Below, piece after piece: positions 42,560-52,200 of a stretch of 62,229 nt of DNA. The stretch is from positions 1-62,229 of the forward strand of contig JAZAIZ010000212.1 of NCBI GenBank assembly GCA_036230545.1. Reading direction: 5' to 3'. This stretch comes from Myxococcota bacterium (lineage in GTDB: Bacteria > Myxococcota > XYA12-FULL-58-9 > JABJBS01). Position 1 is the stretch's first letter, and each line of letters begins with the position of its first letter. A program made the position numbers and the translations under genes. A model generated the notes under the pieces. The model saw only the letters and a program-made list of their open reading frames with translations, ran no database searches and was not told the origin of the DNA.

Positions 42560-43714
42560 ATGCTCATCGGCGTCCTCAAAGAGACGTTTCCTGGAGAGCA
42601 GCGGGTCGCTTTGATCCCATCAGAAATCTCTCGTCTAACTAAAATCAAATGCAGCGTAATCATCGAAACAGGCGCGGGCGATGCGGCCGGGTTTCAGGAC
42701 GCAAGCTACACCGACAAAGGCGCGACGGTCGTTGACTCCGCTGCGGAGGTCTTCGCAAAAGCGGACTTAATTGTTCAAGTGCAGGGCTATGGAAGCGACA
42801 GCAGCGCCACCTCCGAGAGTCTGAGCCAGTTCAAAAAGGGACAGGGATTAATCGCCTTCTTAAATCCCCTCGGAGCCGCAGAGCGCGCCAGGGAGCTCGC
42901 CAATCAGGGCGTCACTGGGCTCTCCATGGAGCTCGTCCCACGCATCACTCGCGCCCAAAGCATGGACGCCCTGAGCTCCATGGCCACCGTAGCCGGGTAT
43001 AAGGCAGTGCTGCTCGCCGCCAACGAATTGCCCAAGCTCTTCCCCATGATGATGACCGCCGCGGGCTCTTTGACGCCCGCCAAAGTCTTCGTGCTTGGGG
43101 TAGGCGTCGCCGGACTGCAGGCCATCGCCACAGCCAAACGCCTTGGCGCCGTGGTGGAGGCCTACGATATTCGCCCCGAGGTCAAAGAGCAGGTTCAGAG
43201 CGTGGGCGGGAAATTTGTGGAGCTGCCCCTTGAAACCCGGAACGCGGGTGACTCAGGAGGATACGCCAAAGAACAGTCCGAGGATTTCATCAAGCGACAG
43301 CAGGAGCTGATGGCCGACCACATCCGCGCCGCGGACGTTGTGATCACCACCGCGGCCATTCCCGGCCGTAAGGCGCCACGACTGGTCACCGCCGCTCAAA
43401 TGGAGGGCATGCGACCCGGATCGGTGTTGATCGATCTTGCAGCGGACTCCGGCGGCAACTGTGAGCTCACCGAGGCGGGCAAGACCATTGTCCACAAAGG
43501 GATTCGAATCATCGGGCCCTCTAACGTGCCCTCCTCCATGCCCCACCACGCCAGTCAGATGTACGCCCGAAACGTGTCGACCTTTCTGGCGCACCTCACT
43601 GACGACGAGGGCAACCTCAACCTCGACATGTCCGATGAGATCACCGCAGGCACACTGGTGTGCCATGAGGGCGTCATCGTTCATGAGCGAGTCAAACAAG
43701 CGCTGGAGGGTTAA
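42560..43714 (+). CDS. pntA: NAD(P) transhydrogenase subunit alpha, part 1 (dI, NAD(H)-binding)
   Basis: KETFPGEQRVALIP, VFVLGVGVAGLQAIATAKRLGA (Rossmann fold), TTAAIPGRKAP. 384 aa. Confidence 0.9.
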   Translation: MLIGVLKETFPGEQRVALIPSEISRLTKIKCSVIIETGAGDAAGFQDASYTDKGATVVDSAAEVFAKADLIVQVQGYGSDSSATSESLSQFKKGQGLIAFLNPLGAAERARELANQGVTGLSMELVPRITRAQSMDALSSMATVAGYKAVLLAANELPKLFPMMMTAAGSLTPAKVFVLGVGVAGLQAIATAKRLGAVVEAYDIRPEVKEQVQSVGGKFVELPLETRNAGDSGGYAKEQSEDFIKRQQELMADHIRAADVVITTAAIPGRKAPRLVTAAQMEGMRPGSVLIDLAADSGGNCELTEAGKTIVHKGIRIIGPSNVPSSMPHHASQMYARNVSTFLAHLTDDEGNLNLDMSDEITAGTLVCHEGVIVHERVKQALEG

Positions 43715-43716
43715 CC

Positions 43717-44004
43717 ATGACATTTATTGCTACATTGACCACGTTTATTCTGGCCATGTTTCTGGGCTGGGAGCTCATCACCAAGGTGCCCCCCACCCTT
43801 CACACCCCTTTGATGAGCGGGTCCAACGCCATCTCGGGTATTACGCTGATCGGAGCGATCATCGGGGCCGGCACCGGCCACCAGGAGCTCGGCACCTGGC
43901 TGGCCCTCGCGGCGATTATCTTCGCCACCATGAACGTGGTGGGCGGTTTCCTCGTCACCAATCGCATGCTCGTCATGTTTAAAGCGAAAAAAGGAGGAAA
44001 GTAG
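43717..44004 (+). CDS. pntA: NAD(P) transhydrogenase subunit alpha, part 2 (membrane dII segment)
   Basis: 95 aa, three TM helices, with PLMSGSNAISGI and a VGGFLVT-type motif. 2-nt gap after part 1. Confidence 0.85.
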   Translation: MTFIATLTTFILAMFLGWELITKVPPTLHTPLMSGSNAISGITLIGAIIGAGTGHQELGTWLALAAIIFATMNVVGGFLVTNRMLVMFKAKKGGK

Positions 44005-44007
44005 ATC

Positions 44008-45444
44008 ATGTCCATCGCAGAGCTTCTCTCTCCCGCGCAACGAGACATAGCCGTTAATCTGGCCTACCTCATCTCCTCCATCCTCTTTGTGGTTGGCCTC
44101 AAGGGGCTCTCTCATCCAAGGACCGCGGTGAAAGGCAACCGCACCGGCGCCCTCGGAATGCTCCTGGCCACCGTCGCCACGCTCTTTGATCAGCAGGTCG
44201 TCAGCTTTGAGCTCATCTTCCTCGGGATCGTCATCGGCTCCATCCTCGGGCTCCTCCTGGCCATCAAGGTGGAGATGACTGAGATGCCTCAGCTGGTTGG
44301 GGGCTTCAACGGCTTTGGCGGCATCGCGTCGGTGCTGGTCGCCGGGGGCGCAATCTCCGCAGCGGTGTCCAGCAACGCGCCCATCGATGCCCAAATGTCC
44401 ATCTCCATCGTCGTCTCTGCCCTCATTGGCGCGGTGACCTTCTGGGGCAGCATGGTCGCGGTGTGCAAACTGCAAGGGGTCATCGTCCCCTCGGGCGCGG
44501 TGACCTCCCCCGTGCTCAAGGGCCTCAACATCCTTGGCGCCCTCGCCTGCATCGGGCTCTGTGTGGCCTCCTCCAGCGCACCGGAAAACCTCCTGCTCTT
44601 CTGGACCCTGGTGGCGGTAGCCTCCCTTCTGGGGATCACCCTGACGGTCCCCATCGGGGGGGCCGACATGCCCGTTGTCATCGCCCTGCTCAACTCCTAC
44701 TCCGGACTGGCCGCCTGCGCGACGGGCTTTGTGCTGAGCAACTCCGTGTTGATCATCGCCGGCTCTCTGGTGGGAGCCTCCGGGCTCATCCTGACGCAGA
44801 TCATGTGCAAAGCCATGAACCGCAGTCTCGCCAACGTCTTATTTGGTGGCTTTGGCGCAGAGGACTCCAGCGGCCCCGGGCTTTCCCAGGATGCAGTCTA
44901 CACCGGCAAGGTGACCTCGTCCTCCCCGGACGAAGCGGCCATGATCCTCGAGTCTGCCAGCCGCGTAGTGGTGGTCCCCGGTTACGGCATGGCCGTGGCT
45001 CAGGCCCAGCACGCGGTGCGTGATTTCGCGGGCTACCTCGAGGCCAGGGGCACCGAGGTGCTCTTCGCCATTCACCCGGTGGCGGGGCGGATGCCCGGGC
45101 ATATGAACGTCTTGCTGGCCGAGGCCGACATCGCCTACGACAAGCTCATTGAGATGGACGACATCAACCCCAGCTTTCCAGACACCGACATCACCCTGAT
45201 CATCGGTGCCAACGACGTAGTCAATCCTCTAGCGCGTGAAGATCCCACCAGCCCCATCGCCGGCATGCCCATCCTGGATGCGGATAAATCCCGTACGGTC
45301 ATGGTCATTAAACGTAGCCTCTCACCAGGCTTCGCCGGGATCCCTAACCCCCTCTTCGCCGCAGACAACTGCATGATGATCTTTGGGGATGGCAAGAAGG
45401 TCGTGCTGGATTTGATCTCCTCTCTGAAAGAGAACGCGGCTTAA
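44008..45444 (+). CDS. pntB: NAD(P) transhydrogenase subunit beta
   Basis: Polytopic N-terminal half plus dIII: PGYGMAVAQAQH, AIHPVAGRMPGHMNVLLAEA, GANDVVNP. Confidence 0.95.
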   Translation: MSIAELLSPAQRDIAVNLAYLISSILFVVGLKGLSHPRTAVKGNRTGALGMLLATVATLFDQQVVSFELIFLGIVIGSILGLLLAIKVEMTEMPQLVGGFNGFGGIASVLVAGGAISAAVSSNAPIDAQMSISIVVSALIGAVTFWGSMVAVCKLQGVIVPSGAVTSPVLKGLNILGALACIGLCVASSSAPENLLLFWTLVAVASLLGITLTVPIGGADMPVVIALLNSYSGLAACATGFVLSNSVLIIAGSLVGASGLILTQIMCKAMNRSLANVLFGGFGAEDSSGPGLSQDAVYTGKVTSSSPDEAAMILESASRVVVVPGYGMAVAQAQHAVRDFAGYLEARGTEVLFAIHPVAGRMPGHMNVLLAEADIAYDKLIEMDDINPSFPDTDITLIIGANDVVNPLAREDPTSPIAGMPILDADKSRTVMVIKRSLSPGFAGIPNPLFAADNCMMIFGDGKKVVLDLISSLKENAA

Positions 45445-45462
45445 ACCCCACCTCCCTTCCCC

Positions 45463-45497
45463 AAAAAAAAACCCGGTGGTTTTTTCAAACCACCGGG
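45463..45497 (-). terminator. Rho-independent terminator for the Cys-type DsbA-like gene (may also stop pntB transcription)
   Basis: On the minus strand: CCCGGTGGTTT-GAAA-AAACCACCGGG followed by T9. Lies between the convergent pntB (stop 45444) and DsbA-like gene (stop 45524). Confidence 0.7.
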
Positions 45498-45523
45498 CTC
45501 TCGTACCATTGATATAACAAACG

Positions 45524-46309
45524 TTACATCCGCTTCTGGCCTTTGGCTACGATGGCTTTATCGTAGTACTCAGCAGAGGCGAGGCCACTTTCTTTGGCTT
45601 TCTTCAGCTCCTCATCGATGAGCTTCTGAAAAGCGGGAAAAGGCTGTGCGCCGCTCAAGAAACGACCATTAATAAAGAAGGCGGGAGTTCCCCGAGCACC
45701 CAGAGAAACCGCAGTCTTCTGGTCTTTCAGGATCTGCTCCTTGTACTTGTTCGCTTTGTAGCACGCCTTATATCGCGTCATGTCCAGCTCCACTTTCTTC
45801 GCATACCCCTCAAGGTCTGCGTCTTCCAGCGAACGGTAGTTTTCGAACATAACATCGTGCATAGCCCAGAATTTGCCCTGCTCATTGGCGCACATGGACG
45901 CGTTGGCTGCGTGCATGGCCCGCTTATGAAAACCCAAAGGATTGTGCTTGAAGATCACGCGAACGTCTTTAGGATACTTCTCGGTGATCTGCTTGATGGT
46001 GGGCCCCACCCGCTTGCAATAGGGGCATTGGAAATCCGAGATCTCCATAATGGTGACCAGGGCGTCCTTGGGACCGAGAACCGGAGACTTCTCCACCGGA
46101 AAAGCGTAAGTCTTCTGCGGATCGGGACCACGAGGCCGTTGAGGCTTGGCCGCGGCCGCAGCCGCAGCAGGGCGCTTGGCGATAGCGTCCAATTTAGTCA
46201 AAATCTCCTTCTGGGTAGCTTTAATTTCATCCAGATCGGCTTTGGATGCGCAGCTAATCGCGAACACTCCAACCAAAATGAGCGGCAACCGTGTCATGTA
46301 CCATTTCAT
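45524..46309 (-). CDS. DsbA-family thiol:disulfide oxidoreductase lipoprotein (CPYC active site)
   Basis: Lipobox FAISC. Thioredoxin-fold SDFQCPYCKR (Cys codon 46025-46027) ... GTPAFFINGR. GGAGG lies before ATG 46309. Confidence 0.8.
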   Translation of the reverse strand: MKWYMTRLPLILVGVFAISCASKADLDEIKATQKEILTKLDAIAKRPAAAAAAAKPQRPRGPDPQKTYAFPVEKSPVLGPKDALVTIMEISDFQCPYCKRVGPTIKQITEKYPKDVRVIFKHNPLGFHKRAMHAANASMCANEQGKFWAMHDVMFENYRSLEDADLEGYAKKVELDMTRYKACYKANKYKEQILKDQKTAVSLGARGTPAFFINGRFLSGAQPFPAFQKLIDEELKKAKESGLASAEYYDKAIVAKGQKRM

Positions 46310-46428
46310 CGTCGAACCTCCAAGGTTTGTGAATATAGTTAGCTGCCCATAGCACTCTTTGCTTTTTGAGGGCAACAGGGCATAATGCACTGTAATTGTT
46401 TGCCTTTTAAAGACTGGTTCCTCTAAGC

Positions 46429-46467
46429 AAAAAAAAAGAGCCCGGTGGGATTAATCCCACCGGGCTC
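46429..46467 (-). terminator. Rho-independent terminator for the TGA-containing DsbA-like gene
   Basis: On the minus strand: GAGCCCGGTGGGA-TTAA-TCCCACCGGGCTC followed by T9, 25 nt after the stop at 46492. Confidence 0.75.
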
Positions 46468-46491
46468 TTCAAACATCGGCATGAAGACCTG

Positions 46492-47292
46492 TTACATCTT
46501 CTTTTGGCCTTTTCCTACAATCGCTTTGTTGTAGTAGTCTGCCTTGGCGATGCCGCTCTCTTTGGCTTTCTTCAGCTCTTCATCAATGAGCTTCTGAAAC
46601 GCCGGAAAGGGCTGCGCGCCACTCAGGAAGCGACCGTTAATGAAGAACGCAGGGGTTCCTCGGGCGCCCAGACTGGCGGCGGTGCGCTGGTCTTTCAGGA
46701 TCTGATCCTTATATTTGTTCGCCTTATAGCAAGCGCTGTAGCGCCCCATGTCCAATCCAACCTTTTGGGCGTAGCCTTCAAGATCCTTGTCCTCAAGCTG
46801 ACGCATGTTTTCGAAAATGGTATCATGCATTTCCCAGAACTTGCCTTGCTCGTCGGCGCACATGGACGCGTTGGCTGCAGGCATCGCGCGGTTGTGAAAA
46901 CCGAGCGGGTTGTGCTTGAAGACGATGCGAACGTCGTTAGAGTACTTCTCAGAGATTTGCTTGAGAGTCGGACCGACTCTCTTACAGTAGGGTCATTGGA
47001 AGTCCGACACTTCTATGATCGTCACCAACGCGTCCTTAGCTCCCTTGGAAGGAGACTTCTCAACAGGAAACGCGTAGGTCTTCTGTGGATCTGGCCCACG
47101 AGGCCGTTGGGGTTTTGCTGCTGCCGCTGCGGGGCGTTTTGCAATCGCCTCCAACTTTGTCAGCATCTGCTTTTGTGCTGCTGTAATTTGCTTTTGAGTC
47201 GCCTTAATCTCATCCAGATCGGCTTTTGACACGCAGCTAATCGCCGCGATACCGATCACAATGAGAGACAAGCGACCTACGATCGTCTTCAT
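46492..47292 (-). CDS. DsbA-family lipoprotein paralogue with an in-frame TGA at the first active-site Cys position (U/stop-PYC): candidate selenoprotein, alternatively a recent nonsense pseudogene
   Basis: ORF-track fragments 46993..47334 and 46492..46884 share one frame, interrupted only by TGA at 46993-46995 (codon 100). Read-through gives 266 aa collinear with the neighbouring paralogue (SDFQ-TGA-PYCKRVGPT versus SDFQCPYCKRVGPT). Lipobox AAISC. GGAGG lies before ATG 47292. Confidence 0.55.
46963..46981 (-). promoter_or_regulatory. Candidate bacterial SECIS hairpin (recoding element)
   Basis: The minus-strand RNA GAGAGUCGG-U-CCGACUCUC starts 11 nt after the UGA. It gives a 7-8 bp stem with an apical GGUC(C) loop. 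Confidence 0.4.
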
Positions 47293-47411
47293 CAGTGAAC
47301 CTCCAGTGAAAAAATAGCTAAAACGAGTGACCACTCTACCACCGTCTACTCCCTACAATCAATCCGCGAGCAGGGCTTTAAGCATCCGGATCGGCGTAGT
47401 ATAGACTGGTC

Positions 47412-47984
47412 ATGCGAATTATTGCCGGACAGTGGGGAGGGCGCCGACTGAGCGCCCCCAAAGGAAAGATCACTCGCCCAACCCCAGACAGGGTTCGGGA
47501 GTCGCTCTTCTCAATCCTCGGTGACCGGGTGGAGGGCGCCAGGGTGCTGGACCTCTTCGCCGGCACGGGTTGCCTTGGGTTGGAGTGCCTCTCCCGGGGG
47601 GCCGCTCACGGAGTCTTTGTGGAGAAAGACCGGCGAGTCTTCAACCTCCTAAGCGAAAACCTTCAAATCGCCCCCCCGGAGCGCTACCAAAGCCTGAACT
47701 CCCCCGCTCAGAGAGCGCTCCGCCACCTGCAAAAACTAGAGTCCACCTTTGATATCGTCTTTTTGGACCCTCCCTATCACCTCGGACTTCTCCAACCGAC
47801 GTTTACGACCCTCCTCGAATCGGGTATGGTGGAAGCAGAAGGGACAGTGGTGTGCGAGCACTACTCCAAGGATGAGCCCCCAACTCCCAGCGAGCCATGG
47901 TCACTCATTCGTACACGACAATTTGGAGAGGTAAGTATCAGCCTGTTTCAGGTCCCCTCGTCACAGGAAAAGGAAGCACCATGA
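47412..47984 (+). CDS. rsmD: 16S rRNA (guanine966-N2)-methyltransferase RsmD
   Basis: [54 protein letters not shown]. Confidence 0.85.
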   Translation: MRIIAGQWGGRRLSAPKGKITRPTPDRVRESLFSILGDRVEGARVLDLFAGTGCLGLECLSRGAAHGVFVEKDRRVFNLLSENLQIAPPERYQSLNSPAQRALRHLQKLESTFDIVFLDPPYHLGLLQPTFTTLLESGMVEAEGTVVCEHYSKDEPPTPSEPWSLIRTRQFGEVSISLFQVPSSQEKEAP

Positions 47985-48475
47985 CCGTCGCACTCTATCC
48001 AGGCTCCTTTGACCCCATCACCAACGGGCACATCAACATCATCCAGCGGGGTCTCAAGATCTTCGACAAGCTTGTCGTCGCGGTGGCCATAAACGTCCGC
48101 AAGACTCCTCTCTTCCCGGCGGAAGAGCGCATGCAGATGATTCGAGACGCGGTGGGCTCCGACCGGGTGGAGGTAGACTGCTTTGAAGGGCTGCTGATCG
48201 ATTACGCCAAGAAGCGCCAGGCCAACGTCATCCTTCGGGGCTTACGTGCCCTCTCGGACTTTGAGTTTGAATTTCAGTTGGCCCACATGAATCGACGCCT
48301 CGGCGCTGATATCTCGCCAGGCCTGGACACCGTCTTTATGATGACCGGCGAGGAGCATTTTTATGTCTCCAGCAGCCTGGTCCGTGAGATCGCGTCCTTT
48401 GGCGGAAACGTCACAGACTTTGTCCCTCCCGGGGTAGAGGCTGGGCTCAAGAAAAAGTTTTCAGAGGATTCCTAA
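47981..48475 (+). CDS. coaD: Pantetheine-phosphate adenylyltransferase
   Basis: [50 protein letters not shown]-like motif. ATGA overlap with the rsmD stop. Confidence 0.95.
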   Translation: MTVALYPGSFDPITNGHINIIQRGLKIFDKLVVAVAINVRKTPLFPAEERMQMIRDAVGSDRVEVDCFEGLLIDYAKKRQANVILRGLRALSDFEFEFQLAHMNRRLGADISPGLDTVFMMTGEEHFYVSSSLVREIASFGGNVTDFVPPGVEAGLKKKFSEDS

Positions 48476-48500
48476 ATGAGAGGCTCCCCTAATGGGGCCT

Positions 48501-49061
48501 TTAATGAACCTCGCCGCTGTGCATCAGCTGCATGGGATCAATCCCCATCTTGCGCAGGGAGGACTCCCACACCGACTCCACCGGAACATCGAAAATCAGT
48601 TCATCGGCCACGTCTGTAACCAACCAGGCTCCCGAGATCACCTCCGTAGCGAGCTGCCCTGGTCCCCACCCGGCATATCCAAGAAACACCCGCAAGCGAC
48701 TGGGCGGGGTCTGACTGACCAGTTCAAGGGACTCCAGCGAATAGCTCAACTTGGTGCGCCCGATGATATCTTCCGTCTCGGGCCCCACGTGGTCTGAGTG
48801 ATGCACGAGAAACGCCCGATTGGTTTGCACAGGGCCGCCACTATAAACCAGCCCCTTCTTGTTGCCCTGAAAGGTCATATCCTGGCTTGAGCAAAACTCC
48901 CCAAGCTCCAGCTCAGTCGGACGATTCAGCACCACCCCCATGGAGCCCTCCTCTGGCTGATGCTCCAGCAATAAGACGACCGCACGGGAAAAATTGGTGT
49001 CTGCCAATTGCGGGACTGCGATTAAAATCGCGGGAGCCTTGAGAACAACCTCGGTGATCAT
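48501..49061 (-). CDS. yqgE: YqgE/AlgH family protein (UPF0301)
   Basis: LIAVPQLADTNFSRAVVLLLEHQPEEGSMGVVLNRP ... SGGPV ... GYAGWGPGQL. Confidence 0.8.
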   Translation of the reverse strand: MITEVVLKAPAILIAVPQLADTNFSRAVVLLLEHQPEEGSMGVVLNRPTELELGEFCSSQDMTFQGNKKGLVYSGGPVQTNRAFLVHHSDHVGPETEDIIGRTKLSYSLESLELVSQTPPSRLRVFLGYAGWGPGQLATEVISGAWLVTDVADELIFDVPVESVWESSLRKMGIDPMQLMHSGEVH

Positions 49062-49200
49062 ACCCTTAGCCTATCGGTTATTGACGCCAGCGTCCAAAGC
49101 CAAATCCGGAGTTCACCAGACTCCCCTGATAATGCAGGTGTTCTTCCCGAAGATATCTCCCCCATTGCCCCAGGTGCCAAGTAGATCCTACGAGGCTCCC

Positions 49201-52200
49201 TTAAAATGAAGCGCTGGTTGCCGAAGCCTCATTTAATGGAAGCAGCACCCTGGCGATAACCCGGTCGTCCTCCATCTCCACCTCAATGGTAGGCTCTCCG
49301 GCGCAACGCCTGATGGCCTCCTCCCGGGCCTCACCGCGCTGAGTGACGCTCCATCGCCCCGCCTCCTCGGTGACCTCCAGCTCCCGAAAATCGATCCGGG
49401 CCCCAATGCCCAGGCCCTTAAGGTAAGCTTCTTTAATCGCCCAGAAGGCGGTCAGCAGCGCGTCCTTGTTGGAGGCCCTCCGGACCTGATCCAGCTCGGC
49501 CTCGCTAAAATAATCCCGCTCAAAGGACGTGTCCCGTGACTCAATCTGCTCGACGTCAATCCCCGGACGCTGGTTCTTCTCCAGCGACTGAAACGCCATC
49601 GCCACCCCCGCGCTGTGGGAGATGGAGACCCGAAGGGGCTCGGAGGCCTCCCCCGCGACCCTCACCTGGGGCGCCCCAAGGTCGTCTGGCAAAATGGTGA
49701 TCGCCCCATAGGGAACAATCGCGCCCTCCCGCGCGAAGCGCTCCTCTCGAATCAAGCGCTTAGCCACTATCCGGCCCGCCAACCACTCGAGACGACGTTT
49801 GGGGGTCTTGAGCCCCTCAAAACGTGGAATCTCCTTCTCGGAGAGATAACGCCGAAGAGTCCCCGACGGATCGGCCTCAAGCATCCCCTCCACTTCCGAG
49901 AGCTCCAAGGCGCTCCATGGGGCCCCGTCCCCGGAGCCGCGGGCCGGCTCAAAGCGATCCTCGGGGGGGAGCCTGTGAAGCGTCTCAGTACGATAGCCCA
50001 GCATTTGGTCGAAGCAGCGGCCATCCTCATCGCAGGTCCAGATATCAAAAACAGCGTCAGCGCCGCCGCCCTCCCTCAATCGCACCAGAGTCCGAAGCCC
50101 CCCCTCAGGCGCAGGCTCCGGGCTCAGTAGAATTCGGTCAACCCCCGCCGGCAGGGCCATCCTGCCAAGCTCAGCCATCTCCCATAATCCAGCGGCCTGA
50201 AAACCCACCTCTCGAAGAAAGGGAGATGTCTCAAACTCCCCGTGCCCGTGCTCCCCCAGCCAGGGGGAGCGGCGCTCCACCGGAGACACCTCGACGCCGT
50301 CTTCACCCAACACCGAAACCGCATCCAGCACCTGAAACACCGGACCGTCAAAATCGCGACGGTAGATGTCCTCCCGCGAGATTTGAGGATCCCGAGGCAG
50401 CTCCAGCCCTCGAGCCACGGGGGACTCCAGGGGCACACGTGCACCACCGCACGCCTCGGCGAAGAAGTGCTCCCGACGAAGGCGTTTCCCACTCGGTTTG
50501 GTGAAATAAGAGACGAGGACCGTCTCAAAACGAGAATCCTCCAAGCGCTTCACCTCCACTGAGATCTCCAGTGGTCGATCTTCAAACAACTTAACCGGGA
50601 GCGCGAAACGCACCTCCCGCAGCTCCGCGATGGGCTCTCCTGCAAAATGCGACGCCGCCCCGGCCATCAACTCCACCCCCAACACCCCCGGAAACACCGG
50701 GGTCCCCTCGAGACGATGGTGGTCGAGCCCCAAATCCTGGGCAGGATCAAGCCGGCGAAAATAACACGCCCCCTCACCCTGGCGTTCCCAAGCGTCAAAC
50801 AACCATGGCAGCGGCTCTCCTTCCTGATAAAGGCGTGGAGCCTCCTGCTCGGGGGCCGCAAAATGCCCGAGGGCCCCCGCCACCACCACGTCTCCGGAAC
50901 ACCCCGACGCCGCCAGGGACGCCCCCAGCGCGGCCCCTGTGGCAGCAGGAAGAAGATCTACCCCGGTAGATTCCAACACCTGCTGCACAGAGCCTCGAGT
51001 GGCCATCCCTACGTCTCCCCACGCAGTCCAATTGAGGTTAAGAATGTTGCGTTTCTCAGATCGAGACAAAGCCCCCATCAACTCCTTGGCAGCGGCGTAA
51101 TCGACCTGAGCGCCGTTGCCAAAGCGACCAGCCACCGAACCCATGGTCACCATGCGCTCGGGCCTGAGAGCAAACCATAGCGTCAGCGCCGCGCTCGCCT
51201 TGGGAGCAAACACCCGTTGAAACGCCACCATATCCTTGTCGTGAAGAAACTTCGACTCCTCAAGCCCCGCACCGTGGAGCAGCAGCGCTACACTCCCGAA
51301 GCGCCCGCTGATCTCCCCGGCCACTGCGGACAAAGCCTCCTGGTCGACCACATCACAGGGGAAAACCTCCACCTCGCAACCAAGGCTCCGAAGCGTCGCG
51401 ATGTTTTCGGCCACCTCCAGTCGACGCTCCTCCTTTTCGACCCACTCCCTGAGGGCCACGGGAGTGACCCGGCCCTCGGAGTCGCTCAAGGCCTCCCGCG
51501 CAATCTCCTTGCGCTGCGCCGCGTCTTTACCATGAATGGGGCTCTCCGCAGGAGTAACCCCGAGGGTTCGGGCAACCAGCGCCACACGCAAAGGTCCCTG
51601 GCTGGCGATGTGCTTTAAGAGCTCAAAGGTGACTCCCCGCGTACCACCGGTGACCACCACCGCGGCGCCGGGATCAAGGGTCCACTCTGGCTCCTCCACC
51701 ACAGCGACCCGTTGCAACGCCACGCGCGCTCCCTTCCACCAGGCCAACTCCACCGGTCCCTCCGAAAGCCACTCGCTGAGCGCGAGAGCTGCAGACTGCC
51801 GTGGTTCGTCGCTGATGTCATCGAGGTCAAAGGCACGACAATGAGCCCCCTCCCACTCTTTCGCCAGACTCTTGGCGATCCCACCGAGGGCCCCAAGGGT
51901 CACACCGCTCACGCCCTCCTCCCCAAAGCCGAACGCGCCCGGGCTGCTCCCGGCCAGCAGAAGTCCCGCTCCCCGCATCTCTCCCCGCACCCTTACAAAG
52001 GCCCGGGCCAGCTCAAAGGTCCGCTCAACGTGCCCACGAATCGAGTCGGGGGTGTCCGTCTGCGCGACGTTCACCAAAGAAACCAGATCATCAGGAGCTC
52101 GCTCCCCGAGATGCTGCATAAACGCCTCAAGTGCCTCTCCACTCAGAGCATCGTCCACTTCGACCACCCTCGCCTCCCGAGCGCTCAACTCCTCCCTGAA

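Noticed and set aside
45998-46012. Hairpin in the Cys-containing paralogue at the position equivalent to the candidate SECIS
   Set aside because: It is not evidence for a recoding element, since this copy has TGC. It shows that part of the palindrome is a by-product of V-G-P-T codons. It is kept as a caveat that lowers confidence in the SECIS call.
46492-47334. Treating 46993..47334 and 46492..46884 as two independent small genes
   Set aside because: The downstream fragment would start inside a thioredoxin fold (MPAANASMC...) without SD or signal peptide. Both pieces are collinear with the neighbouring full-length paralogue in one frame. The real alternatives are Sec read-through or a single-nonsense pseudogene.
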